This document shows positions 8,382 through 18,159 of a stretch of 32,000 nt of DNA, piece after piece (the first letter of the stretch is position 1; the number at the start of each line of letters is the position of its first letter). The translations under genes were made by a program, and so were the position numbers. Under the pieces are notes generated by a model. That model did no database searches and was not told where the DNA came from. It saw nothing but the letters and a program-made list of their open reading frames with translations. The stretch is from Nitrosopumilus maritimus SCM1. Its GTDB lineage: Archaea > Thermoproteota > Nitrososphaeria > Nitrososphaerales > Nitrosopumilaceae. Location of the stretch: assembly GCF_000018465.1 (NCBI RefSeq), contig NC_010085.1, positions 300,001 through 332,000 of the forward strand. The letters are read 5' to 3'.

Positions 8382-9071
8382 TGATATGGTTAGTGTTCTA
8401 TCTGTTGTTGATTTTGTTTCATCAAACTCAACTTCTTCTCCGTCAATTAAGACAAAGAAATCATCATCTGCACCATCTGGGAAAGTTGCATCCAACACCG
8501 ATCTAGGAATTGTCAGTGTGATTGATCCATCTTCCGTACCATCAATTGAAACGATTAGTGAATTTGCATCCACATCAGGCATAATTCCAAGTAATTTACC
8601 ACCTGTGATTTCATATCCTACCAAATCAGATGAACCCTGTACTGCAGCGGTTGTATCTGTGACATCTGGATTGACTACATTTTCAACTGGTGGTGCTGTT
8701 GAACCTCCAAATTCAAATGTGGTCTCTGCGGATCTATTCTCACTTCCATATGTTACAATTACTGTGTAAGTTCCTTCCACTTTCATTGTTCCTCCAGCAG
8801 TAATTTCAGCACTGAATTTCTTATCTGCACCTACTGTTATTTGATCAATGGCTACAATGCTGCCATTAGGAGATGTAACAATTAGGCTAACAGGAGTTCC
8901 TGCATATAGATCTCTGACTTCACCTGTTACCATGATAGTTTCACCCTCTGAATAGGATGTCTTATCTGTAGTAACAATAATCGTACTTTGTATTTGTCCA
9001 AATGCTGGTGCCATACCAATACTTGCAACTAGAATTGCTGATAAGGCAAACACCATCAATTGTGATTTCAT
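8232..9071 (-). CDS. Secreted PEFG-CTERM sorting-domain protein
   Basis: 279 aa. Signal peptide MKSQLMVFALSAILVASIGMAPAFG. Its C-terminal 51 aa (FPAGTEQIEIIGTFVVPEFG...PRY) are identical to those of 6364..7248. Confidence 0.85.
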   Translation of the reverse strand: MKSQLMVFALSAILVASIGMAPAFGQIQSTIIVTTDKTSYSEGETIMVTGEVRDLYAGTPVSLIVTSPNGSIVAIDQITVGADKKFSAEITAGGTMKVEGTYTVIVTYGSENRSAETTFEFGGSTAPPVENVVNPDVTDTTAAVQGSSDLVGYEITGGKLLGIMPDVDANSLIVSIDGTEDGSITLTIPRSVLDATFPDGADDDFFVLIDGEEVEFDETKSTTDRTLTISFPAGTEQIEIIGTFVVPEFGTIAAMILAVAIISIIAVSAKSRLSIMPRY

Positions 9072-9251
9072 TGATTTTACGCTTGAATTTATCCTATTTA
9101 AGGTTGTGAAAAGATTAATTGACTAAATAGAAAAATAACTACTTTCTTGACGAATTTCAGATTAGATATATATTAACCTGAGCGTGAGATTTTGACAGTT
9201 TGTGTGTATTCATTACTGTTACATTTAATGTTCGACGTGGGGGTTTTGTAA

Positions 9252-9503
9252 TTGGCAACTAAGAAAAATCAAATTCTTGTACCTGATCATATCTATGTTC
9301 CAAAACATGAAATCATTTCAAAAACAGAAGCTGAAGAAGTTTTAAAAAAATACAATTGTAAACCAACCGAATTACCATTAATCTTTGTAAACGATCCTGC
9401 AATTTTGGGACTTGGTGTAAAACCAGGTGATATGATAAAGATCACAAGAAAAAGTCCAACTGCCGGTGAAGGTCTCTATTATAGATACGTGGTGGAAGTA
9501 TAG
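9252..9503 (+). CDS. rpoH: DNA-directed RNA polymerase subunit H (Rpo5/Rpb5 homologue)
   Basis: 83 aa (VPKHEIISKTEAEEVLKKYNCKPTELPLI...ITRKSPTAGEGLYYRYVV). TTG is the only usable start, with a G-rich patch (gtggggg) 8-14 nt upstream. The stop abuts the rpoB ATG. Confidence 0.85.
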   Translation: MATKKNQILVPDHIYVPKHEIISKTEAEEVLKKYNCKPTELPLIFVNDPAILGLGVKPGDMIKITRKSPTAGEGLYYRYVVEV

Positions 9504-12500
9504 ATGGCAGATTCATCCACAAAACGTTGGCCAGTAATTCAAGATATTTTGAAAAGAGAGGGTATTGCACGTCAGCACCTAAACTCATTTGATGAATTTT
9601 TAGAAAGAGGATTACAAAGTATTATCAACGAGGTTGGTCAGATCGATATTGAAAATGCTGAGTACCCTTACAAAATTCAACTAGGTAAAGTCAAATTACA
9701 ACAACCAAGAATGATGGAACTTGATGGTTCTATTACTCATATCACTCCTGCAGAAGCTAGATTGAGAAACGTATCTTATTCTGCACCTGTAATGATGGAA
9801 GCAAGTGTTGTTGAAGATGGAAAAATCCTTGAATCAAGATTTGTCCACATTGGTGATGTTCCCGTTATGGCAAAATCAAACGCTTGTATCTTACACAATT
9901 TTTCTACTCAAAAACTAGTTGAACATGGTGAGGATCCAAACGATCCTGGTGGTTACTTTATCATTAATGGTTCTGAGAGAGTAATTGTTGGATTAGAAGA
10001 TCTTTCTTACAACAAAATCATTGTTGATAGAGAAACAGTAGGTGGAAACATTGTACACAAAGCCAAAGTTTATTCTTCAATTGTTGGCTATCGTGCAAAA
10101 TTAGAACTTGTCATGAAAAATGATGGACTAATTGTTGCCAGAATTCCTGGTTCTCCAGTTGATATTCCAGTAGTTACTTTGATGAGAGCTCTAGGTTTAG
10201 AATCTGATAGAGAGATTGCAGCAGCAGTTTCATTGGTAGATGAACTCCAAGATGAACTAGAAGCATCTTTTGAAAAAGCAGGAGATGTTCCAACTGCAAA
10301 AGATGCCATTGTTTACATCAGTAAGAGAATTGCCCCTGGAATGCTTGAAGAATTTCAGATTAAACGTGCTGAGACTTTACTTGATTGGGGTTTGTTGCCT
10401 CACTTGGGCAAACACCCTGAAAATAGAAAAGAAAAAGCGCAATTCTTGGGAGAAGCAGCTTGTAAATTATTAGAACTAAAACTTGACTGGATTAGACCTG
10501 ATGACAAAGACCACTATGGAAACAAAGTCATTAAATTTGCAGGACAGATGCTTGCAGACTTGTTTAGAACTGCATTTAGAAATCTTGTCCGTGATATGAA
10601 ATATCAATTAGAACGTTCTGGACAAAAACGTGGAATTAATGCAGTAGCTGCTGCAATTCGTCCAGGAATTATTACTGATAAACTAAACAACGCAATTGCC
10701 ACTGGAAACTGGGGTCGAGGCAGAGTAGGTGTTACTCAATTACTTGATAGAACAAACTATCTTTCTACAATTAGTCACCTTAGAAGAATTCAGTCTCCAC
10801 TAAGTAGAACTCAGCCAAACTTTGAAGCAAGAGACCTGCATGCAACACACTTTGGAAGAATTTGTCCAAGTGAAACTCCTGAAGGCTCTAACTGTGGTCT
10901 TGTAAAGAATCTTGCATTATCTGGAATAATTTCTGTAAACGTACCATCTGAAGAAATTGTAGAGAAACTCTATGATCTTGGAACTGTCCACTTCTTTGAT
11001 GCAAAAGAAGATTTGAAGAAAGACGGAACTAGAATCTTTGTTGATGGTAGACTAATTGGATATTACAAAGATGGTGAACAACTAGCAGAATCTCTTAGAG
11101 ACTTAAGAAGAAACTCAAAGATTCATCCACATGTTGGTGTATCCTTCCACAAATCTGAAATTGAAGGTTCAACCCGAAGACTTTACGTAAACTGTAATGC
11201 AGGACGTGTTTTAAGACCACTAATCATCATTAAAGATAACAAACCATTACTTACTGCTGATTTACTAGACAAAATTTCAAAGAAACTCATCTCGTGGACT
11301 GATCTCTTGAGAATGGGTGTTTTGGAAATGATTGATGCAAATGAAGAAGAGAACTGTTATGTCACACTAGATGAAAAGGATACAAAGAAACACACTCACC
11401 TTGAAGTCTTCCCACCAGCAATCCTTGGTGCAGGTGCTTCAATCATTCCATATCCTGAACACAACCAATCTCCAAGAAACACATACGAGTCTGCAATGGC
11501 AAAACAGAGTTTAGGATTCTCAACCCCTATGATGAATACAAGTACATATGTTAGACAACACTTTATGCTATATCCTCAGGTTCCAATAGTTAACACAAAA
11601 GCAATGAAACTTTTGGGATTAGAAGATAGACCTGCAGGTCAGAACTGTGTGGTAGCAGTGTTACCATTTGATGGTTACAACATTGAGGATGCCATCGTTC
11701 TTAGTAAAGCATCAGTTGATAGAGGATTAGGAAGAACATTCTTCTTTAGAATCTATGATGCTGAAGCAAAACAATATCCTGGTGGAATGCGTGACGCATT
11801 TGAAATTCCAAATGCTGAAGATAACATCAGAGGTTACAAGGGAGAACGTGCATACAGACTCTTAGAAGAAGATGGTGTTGTTGCAACAGAAGCTCCAGTA
11901 AAAGGTGGAGATATTTTAATTGGAAAAACTAGTCCTCCAAGATTTATGGAAGAATACCGAGAGTTTGAATCATCTGGTCCTTACAGAAGAGATACATCAA
12001 TTGGTGTTAGACCTTCAGAAACTGGTGTTGTTGATACTGTAGTTATGACCCAATCAAATGAAGGTGGAAAGATGTACAAGATTAGAGCAAGAGATATGAG
12101 AATTCCCGAAATTGGTGACAAGTTTGCATCAAGACATGGACAAAAAGGTGTCTTAGGAATTTTAGCTAAAGCAGAAGATTTGCCATATACTGCAAGTGGA
12201 ATGTCTCCTGATGTTTTGATTAATCCTCATGCATTCCCATCTAGAATGACTGTTGGTATGATGATGGAATCCATATGTGGAAAATCTGCCGCATTACGTG
12301 GAAAGAGATTTGATGGTTCTGCATTTGTTGGAGAAAAAATGGATGAAGTAAGAGAAGTAATGGATGCACATGGCTTTGAATATTCTGGTAAAGAAATAAT
12401 GTATGATGGAAGAACTGGAAAATCATTCCCAGTCGAAGTTTTCATCGGAGTTGTATATTATCAAAAATTACACCACATGGTTGCAGACAAGATTCATGCA

Positions 12501-12851
12501 AGAGCACGTGGACAAGTTCAAATGTTAACAAAACAACCAACAGAAGGAAGAGCAAGAGGTGGTGGCCTTAGATTCGGTGAAATGGAGAGAGATTGTCTTA
12601 TTGCTTATGGCGCTTCTATGATTCTTAAAGACAGATTACTTGACGAGTCTGATAAATCTGATATTTTTGTATGTGAGAGGTGTGGTCTTGTTGCTTATCA
12701 TGATGTTAAACAAAGAAAATATGTTTGCAGAGTTTGTGGTGATAAAGCCAAAGTCTCATCAGTTTCAGTTGCTTATGCATTCAAACTACTCTTACAAGAG
12801 ATGCAGAGCCTCAACGTCGCACCAAGATTGTTAATCAAGGAGAAACTATAA
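9504..12851 (+). CDS. rpoB: DNA-directed RNA polymerase subunit B (unsplit)
   Basis: 1115 aa. Conserved GDKFASRHGQKGV and C-terminal zinc ribbon CERCGLVAYHDVKQRKYVCRVCG. One ORF covers both the B'' and B' regions. Confidence 0.97.
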   Translation: MADSSTKRWPVIQDILKREGIARQHLNSFDEFLERGLQSIINEVGQIDIENAEYPYKIQLGKVKLQQPRMMELDGSITHITPAEARLRNVSYSAPVMMEASVVEDGKILESRFVHIGDVPVMAKSNACILHNFSTQKLVEHGEDPNDPGGYFIINGSERVIVGLEDLSYNKIIVDRETVGGNIVHKAKVYSSIVGYRAKLELVMKNDGLIVARIPGSPVDIPVVTLMRALGLESDREIAAAVSLVDELQDELEASFEKAGDVPTAKDAIVYISKRIAPGMLEEFQIKRAETLLDWGLLPHLGKHPENRKEKAQFLGEAACKLLELKLDWIRPDDKDHYGNKVIKFAGQMLADLFRTAFRNLVRDMKYQLERSGQKRGINAVAAAIRPGIITDKLNNAIATGNWGRGRVGVTQLLDRTNYLSTISHLRRIQSPLSRTQPNFEARDLHATHFGRICPSETPEGSNCGLVKNLALSGIISVNVPSEEIVEKLYDLGTVHFFDAKEDLKKDGTRIFVDGRLIGYYKDGEQLAESLRDLRRNSKIHPHVGVSFHKSEIEGSTRRLYVNCNAGRVLRPLIIIKDNKPLLTADLLDKISKKLISWTDLLRMGVLEMIDANEEENCYVTLDEKDTKKHTHLEVFPPAILGAGASIIPYPEHNQSPRNTYESAMAKQSLGFSTPMMNTSTYVRQHFMLYPQVPIVNTKAMKLLGLEDRPAGQNCVVAVLPFDGYNIEDAIVLSKASVDRGLGRTFFFRIYDAEAKQYPGGMRDAFEIPNAEDNIRGYKGERAYRLLEEDGVVATEAPVKGGDILIGKTSPPRFMEEYREFESSGPYRRDTSIGVRPSETGVVDTVVMTQSNEGGKMYKIRARDMRIPEIGDKFASRHGQKGVLGILAKAEDLPYTASGMSPDVLINPHAFPSRMTVGMMMESICGKSAALRGKRFDGSAFVGEKMDEVREVMDAHGFEYSGKEIMYDGRTGKSFPVEVFIGVVYYQKLHHMVADKIHARARGQVQMLTKQPTEGRARGGGLRFGEMERDCLIAYGASMILKDRLLDESDKSDIFVCERCGLVAYHDVKQRKYVCRVCGDKAKVSSVSVAYAFKLLLQEMQSLNVAPRLLIKEKL

Positions 12852-15800
12852 TGTCGATTCAAGCAGTAAAAGCAATTGATGGAATCAGATTCTCTGTTTG
12901 GTCTCCAACTGAAATCAGAAAATACTCTGTTGCAGAAATCACTGCTCCAGAAACTTATGATGAAGATGGAATGCCTGTTCAAGGAGGTTTGATGGATGGC
13001 AGACTTGGAACACTTGAACCTGGACAAAAATGTCTCACTTGTGGAAACACTGCAGCAAGATGTCCTGGACACTTTGGACATTTGGAATTAGCAGAACCAG
13101 TATTACATATTGCATTTATTGATAACATCTACAAATTACTACAATCAACTTGCCGTTCTTGTGCAAGATTAAAAGTTCCACAAGAAGATCTTAATGTTTT
13201 CAAAACTATTAAAGAGAAACACGCAGCTTATACTGTAATTTCTCAAAAACGTATTCCAGAACAAATTATTGAAAAAGCAAAGAAAGCAAAAGAATGTCCT
13301 CACTGTGGTAAAACACAATACGAACTAATCTTTACAAAACCAACTATCTTTGTAGAAAAAACAGAAATTGGAGAGCACAGATTACTCCCAATAACAATCA
13401 GAGAAAGATTCTCACAAATCATTGATGAAGATTTAGAATTATTATCATATGATCCAGTAACTGCAAGACCTGAATGGTTTGTCTTACAAGCATTCCCTGT
13501 TCCCCCAGTAACTGTTAGACCCTCAATCATTCTAGAAACTGGAATTAGATCTGAAGATGATTTGACTCACAAGATGGTAGATATCATCAGAGTTAATCAG
13601 AGATTAAAAGAAAGTAAAGATGCTGGTACCCCTCCACTAATCGTTCAAGACTTGGTCGACCTATTACAATATCACACTACAACATACTTTGATAACGAAG
13701 TATCTGGAATTCCACAAGCTCATCATCGTTCTGGACGTCCTCTCAAAACCTTAACTCAAAGACTCAAAGGAAAAGAAGGAAGATTCAGAGGTTCACTATC
13801 TGGAAAGAGAGTTGACTTTTCTAGTAGAACTGTAATCTCTCCTGATCCTAACTTGGACTTGAGTGAGGTTGGTGTCCCAGAAGCAGTAGCCATGAAACTA
13901 ACCATTCCTGAAATCGTTACAGAATGGAATATTGAAAGAATGAGAAAACTTGTAATTAATGGACCTGAGAAATTCCCAGGCGTAAACTATATCGTCAGAC
14001 CCGATGGTGTAAAGATTAGACTTGATTTCGTAGAGGATCGCTCTACAATTGCTGAAACACTTGAGATTGGTTACTTGGTAGAAAGACATCTTGCAGATGG
14101 TGACATTGTCATGTTCAACAGACAACCATCACTTCACCAAATGTCTATCATGGCGCACTATGTCCGTGTACTCCCAGGAAAAACATTCAGATTACATCCA
14201 TCCGTTTGTCCTCCTTACAACGCAGACTTTGATGGTGATGAAATGAACCTCCACGTTCCTCAAAGTGAGGAAGCAAGAGCAGAAGCAATTCTCTTAATGA
14301 GAGTTCAAGACCAATTAATCTCACCAAGATATGGTGGTCCAATTATTGGTGCACTAAGAGACTTTGTAACTGGTGCATATCTTCTAACTAAAGACGATAC
14401 AGTATTGACTGTTCAAGAATTCTCAAACCTTGCAATGCTTGGTGGTTATACAGATCCTTTACCAAAACCCGGAACCAAAACCAAAGACGGTCCGGCATAC
14501 ACTGGTAAACAACTTTTCTCGTTGTTCTTACCAAAAGACTTCAACTATGTAATTACATCAAAATGGTCAAAGGGAACAAAAGGACAAGCAAAAGATGTTG
14601 TAATTAAAAATGGTGAACTAATCAGCGGTGTCATTGACAAATCTTCAATTGGTGCAGAAGAACCAGAAAGTGTTCTTCACAGAATTGCAAAAGATTACGG
14701 TAATGCAGTTGGAAAAAGTTTCCTCAACTCTATTCTCATTATGGTAAAACAATTCATCACCCACTATGGCTTCAGTTATGGTTATGGTGACCTTATTGTT
14801 CCTGACAAAGACAAACAACAGATTCTTGATGATATTCAAGGAACTTATGATATTGTAAGTGATTTGACTGATCAATACAAGAAAGGAACACTCAAGCTTA
14901 CTAGAGGTATGAAACCTGAAGAAGCCTTAGAGGCATACATTGTAAATGAATTAGGTAAAGCAAGAGACAAGGCAGGCTCTTCTGCAAATGACTGTCTTCC
15001 AGCAGACAATGCAGGAAAAATCATGGCTACAACAGGTGCAAGAGGTTCATCACTTAACGTAGGTCAGATGGCCGGGGCTCTTGGACAACAATCAAGAAGA
15101 GGAAACAGACTCCATGAGGGTTACAACAACAGAGCATTAACTCACTATCAAGAACATGATGATAATCCTGATGCACATGGATTTGTAAAATCCAATTACA
15201 GAGAGGGTCTATCTGCACTTGAATTCTTCTTCCACGCAATGGGAGGTCGTGAAGGACTTGTAGACACTGCAGTTAGAACACAACAAAGTGGTTACATGCA
15301 GCGTAGATTAATCAACGCATTAGAGCACATTAGATTAGAATATGATGGAACAGTAAGAGATCCACACGGCCACATTGTACAATTCCTTTATGGTGAAGAT
15401 GGAATTGATGTGCAAAAGAGTGATCACGGTGAAGCATTTAACCCAAGCAGATTAATTGAATCTCAAAAAATTATTGATTCTGGCAAAAAGGCAACAAAAG
15501 AAGAGATTGAAACACTAGCTAAGAAATACACAAAGACATTCAATCCAAGATTAACTAAACTTGTAACTGATGCATTACAAAATTCTGAATTAAGCAAAGA
15601 TGGTGTTGAAGCAGTATGTAAGAAAGGACTGTTACTTTACAACAAAGCAAAAGTAGAACCAGGACAAGCAGTTGGAATTATCACTGCACAGTCAATCGGT
15701 GAACCTGGTACTCAGATGACATTAAGAACATTCCACTTTGCAGGAATTAAAGAAAGAAACGTAACATTAGGTCTTCCAAGATTAATTGAACTCGTTGATG

Positions 15801-16642
15801 CAAGAAAGAAACCAGTAACACCAACTATGGATATTTATCTTGATGATGAATCAAAGAAATCAAGAGAAAAAGCAATTGAGGTTGCAAGAAATGTTTTGCA
15901 AACCAAAGTTAGCGCCTTGATTGCAGATAGTGAGACTGATTATGCTACTGAAATCAAACTAATTTTGAGTGAAAATAGGCTCAGAGAAAGAGGATGCTCT
16001 ATTGCAGAAGTTGAAGCTGCCTTGTCCTCTAACAAGAAATTCAAGATGGAAACAACTGGCGAACTAATCACCCTAAAACTAGTTGAGGAATCTGATACTG
16101 CTACAGTAATTGCAATCAGAAACAAGGTTCTCAACACCACTGTCAAAGGTGTACCTGACATTGAACGTGTAACCCTTGTCCAAAAAGATGATGAGTGGGT
16201 TATTCAAACAACTGGTTCTAATGTTGCCAAAGTCTTAGAGGTCAAAGGAATTGATAAGAGAAACGTTAGAACAAACAACGTCTTTGAGATTGCCGGAACT
16301 CTTGGAATTGAAGCTGCAAGAAATGCATTAATCAATGAACTTAACAGTACTCTGGAAGACCAAGGACTTGAAGTTGATAATAGATACATCATGTTAGTAG
16401 CTGACTTGATGTGTTCACGCGGTTACATGCAACAAATTGGAAGACATGGAATTGCTGGAACCAAAGATAGTGTCTTAGCAAGAGCTGCATTTGAGATTAC
16501 TGTTCCAACAATTGCACATGCTGCACTTGGTGGAGAAATTGAACAACTCAAAGGTATTACTGAAAACGTAATTGTTGGTAGTAACATTCCAATTGGAAGT
16601 GGTACAGTTGATTTGTACATGCAAGTAAGCAAGAAGAAATAG
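12851..16642 (+). CDS. rpoA: DNA-directed RNA polymerase subunit A, with the A' and A'' parts fused in one ORF
   Basis: 1263 aa. Zinc motif CLTCGNTAARCPGHFGH and catalytic NADFDGDEMN (A' part), then AQSIGEPGTQMTLRTFHFAG (A'' part) in the same frame. The ATG overlaps the rpoB stop (TAATG). Confidence 0.97.
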   Translation: MSIQAVKAIDGIRFSVWSPTEIRKYSVAEITAPETYDEDGMPVQGGLMDGRLGTLEPGQKCLTCGNTAARCPGHFGHLELAEPVLHIAFIDNIYKLLQSTCRSCARLKVPQEDLNVFKTIKEKHAAYTVISQKRIPEQIIEKAKKAKECPHCGKTQYELIFTKPTIFVEKTEIGEHRLLPITIRERFSQIIDEDLELLSYDPVTARPEWFVLQAFPVPPVTVRPSIILETGIRSEDDLTHKMVDIIRVNQRLKESKDAGTPPLIVQDLVDLLQYHTTTYFDNEVSGIPQAHHRSGRPLKTLTQRLKGKEGRFRGSLSGKRVDFSSRTVISPDPNLDLSEVGVPEAVAMKLTIPEIVTEWNIERMRKLVINGPEKFPGVNYIVRPDGVKIRLDFVEDRSTIAETLEIGYLVERHLADGDIVMFNRQPSLHQMSIMAHYVRVLPGKTFRLHPSVCPPYNADFDGDEMNLHVPQSEEARAEAILLMRVQDQLISPRYGGPIIGALRDFVTGAYLLTKDDTVLTVQEFSNLAMLGGYTDPLPKPGTKTKDGPAYTGKQLFSLFLPKDFNYVITSKWSKGTKGQAKDVVIKNGELISGVIDKSSIGAEEPESVLHRIAKDYGNAVGKSFLNSILIMVKQFITHYGFSYGYGDLIVPDKDKQQILDDIQGTYDIVSDLTDQYKKGTLKLTRGMKPEEALEAYIVNELGKARDKAGSSANDCLPADNAGKIMATTGARGSSLNVGQMAGALGQQSRRGNRLHEGYNNRALTHYQEHDDNPDAHGFVKSNYREGLSALEFFFHAMGGREGLVDTAVRTQQSGYMQRRLINALEHIRLEYDGTVRDPHGHIVQFLYGEDGIDVQKSDHGEAFNPSRLIESQKIIDSGKKATKEEIETLAKKYTKTFNPRLTKLVTDALQNSELSKDGVEAVCKKGLLLYNKAKVEPGQAVGIITAQSIGEPGTQMTLRTFHFAGIKERNVTLGLPRLIELVDARKKPVTPTMDIYLDDESKKSREKAIEVARNVLQTKVSALIADSETDYATEIKLILSENRLRERGCSIAEVEAALSSNKKFKMETTGELITLKLVEESDTATVIAIRNKVLNTTVKGVPDIERVTLVQKDDEWVIQTTGSNVAKVLEVKGIDKRNVRTNNVFEIAGTLGIEAARNALINELNSTLEDQGLEVDNRYIMLVADLMCSRGYMQQIGRHGIAGTKDSVLARAAFEITVPTIAHAALGGEIEQLKGITENVIVGSNIPIGSGTVDLYMQVSKKK

Positions 16643-16646
16643 TTGG

Positions 16647-16889
16647 ATGAAAATTATGGCTGATGAAATCTCAACACTAATGACAAACTCCAAAGACAAA
16701 GTTGTATTGCTTCGACTAAGAAATAATAAAACAGTTCAAGGAACTCTCAAAGATTTTGATATTCACATGAATCTTACATTAGAAAACGCTGAGGATGTTT
16801 CTGAAGAAAAACCCAATCCTATAGGCAAAGTCTTGCTTCGTGGCGATAATATTTTAGCAATTTCTCTTCCTGAGGAAGAATCCAACTAA
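16647..16889 (+). CDS. Sm-like (LSm/SmAP) RNA-binding protein
   Basis: 80 aa. Sm1/Sm2-like pattern VVLLRLRNNKTVQGTLKDFDIHMNLTLENAE...VLLRGDNILAIS. An alternative ATG lies at 16656. Confidence 0.8.
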   Translation: MKIMADEISTLMTNSKDKVVLLRLRNNKTVQGTLKDFDIHMNLTLENAEDVSEEKPNPIGKVLLRGDNILAISLPEEESN

Positions 16890-16925
16890 CAAACCATAAA
16901 TCTGAAACCTTCTATATGAAAAGTA

Positions 16926-18104
16926 TTGTTTGATTTTTTATTTTTAATTTTTATTTTGCCATTTGCAACAGCTCAGGAAATTCCTGATTATGACAAACCG
17001 TATGCTCCAATATTCTTTGATAAACCAATTTACTCTTGGACTGATAAAATACAAATCAAAATAATTGCTCCTAGTTGGAACACAGACAAAGACTTGATTG
17101 ATTCAATTGGCGATAACAATGATAATCCCATAAAAATATCAACACGAAGTCACTCGCTAGAACCATACAGACTAACTGAAACAGATGTGTCAAGTGGAAT
17201 ATTTACTGGCGAAATTATCCTAACTGGTTTCTTACATGATGCAGATGGTGATGGTGACTATGACACAACTCCTAGGACTATTGGTACCGGTCCTACTAGC
17301 GGGTTTTTGGAGGTTGAAAGAGATTCAGCAATTACGGTATCTTTTGAGTTTGCTGATGGTGTAGTGCTATCTGAATCTGTACCTGTGTCTTGGAATCTTG
17401 GAACAATAGAATTTGAAAATGATGTTTTCTTTAATGATGAATCTGTTACAGTTAGAATAATTGATCTTGACATGAATCTAAACCCTGAAGCGATTGATCA
17501 TGTTCCTGTAGAAGTTTTTTCAGATTCTGATGTTGGTGGAATTACTGCAAATGCAATAGAAACCTCTGAAAGCTCTGGTTATTTTGTAGCTACAATATCA
17601 CTTACTCAAAACTCTGCATCAAGCGGAAACAGACTCTACGCTGTTCCTGGAGATGAAATTTCTGCTAGATACAGTGATCATACTTTACCAAAGCCCTATT
17701 CTGAATCTGATAATTTGGAAATTCAGGCTCAATCAAGAGTTGAATCATCTGTTCCTTCAACAATGAGATTGGAAAATTCTGAAATTAATATTTCTGATAG
17801 TTTTGGAAATTATCTCACTTCATTTTCTTCTAATCAGCAAATTCAGATTGTCGGAAGTTTATCAAACATGCAAGAATTTGATCAAAAATTCGTTTATCTC
17901 TTTCAAATAAAAAACTCTCAAAACTATATTGAATCCCTCTCTTGGATTCAAGGTCAATTATCATATGGACAAAATCTTGATGTATCTCAATCTTGGATCC
18001 CAAAAAATTCTGGAGACTACTTTGTTGAAACATTTGTTTGGACTTCACTAAAAGATCCAACTGCATTGTCTGATCCACTTACAAGATTAATTTCAGTTGA
18101 ATGA
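16926..18104 (+). CDS. Secreted protein of unknown function (beta-sandwich-like repeats, DxDxDG-type acidic loop)
   Basis: 392 aa. Hydrophobic N-terminus FDFLFLIFILPFATAQE. DADGDGDYD loop. Repeat pattern D.DMN..PE..D.V.V...S......ETS..SG.F......GDEI...Y.D. The only start candidate after the upstream in-frame TGA is TTG 16926, so the start is uncertain. Confidence 0.65.
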   Translation: MFDFLFLIFILPFATAQEIPDYDKPYAPIFFDKPIYSWTDKIQIKIIAPSWNTDKDLIDSIGDNNDNPIKISTRSHSLEPYRLTETDVSSGIFTGEIILTGFLHDADGDGDYDTTPRTIGTGPTSGFLEVERDSAITVSFEFADGVVLSESVPVSWNLGTIEFENDVFFNDESVTVRIIDLDMNLNPEAIDHVPVEVFSDSDVGGITANAIETSESSGYFVATISLTQNSASSGNRLYAVPGDEISARYSDHTLPKPYSESDNLEIQAQSRVESSVPSTMRLENSEINISDSFGNYLTSFSSNQQIQIVGSLSNMQEFDQKFVYLFQIKNSQNYIESLSWIQGQLSYGQNLDVSQSWIPKNSGDYFVETFVWTSLKDPTALSDPLTRLISVE

Positions 18105-18159
18105 AAAAGTATCAATTATACGTGATTATTAAATAGAAAATTATGTGTTTTTTGGTGTA

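Noticed and set aside
8248-8769. Long plus-strand ORFs (8248..8769 at 173 aa, 6380..6727, 6956..7327, 7008..7289) that share the identical N-terminus MLSLDFADTAIIEIIATARIMAAIVPNSG
   Set aside because: They are antisense shadows of the PEFG-CTERM genes. The shared N-terminus is simply the reverse complement of the junction repeat. Their composition is low-complexity (Ser/Thr/Ile-rich), while the sense strand has signal peptides and sorting signals.
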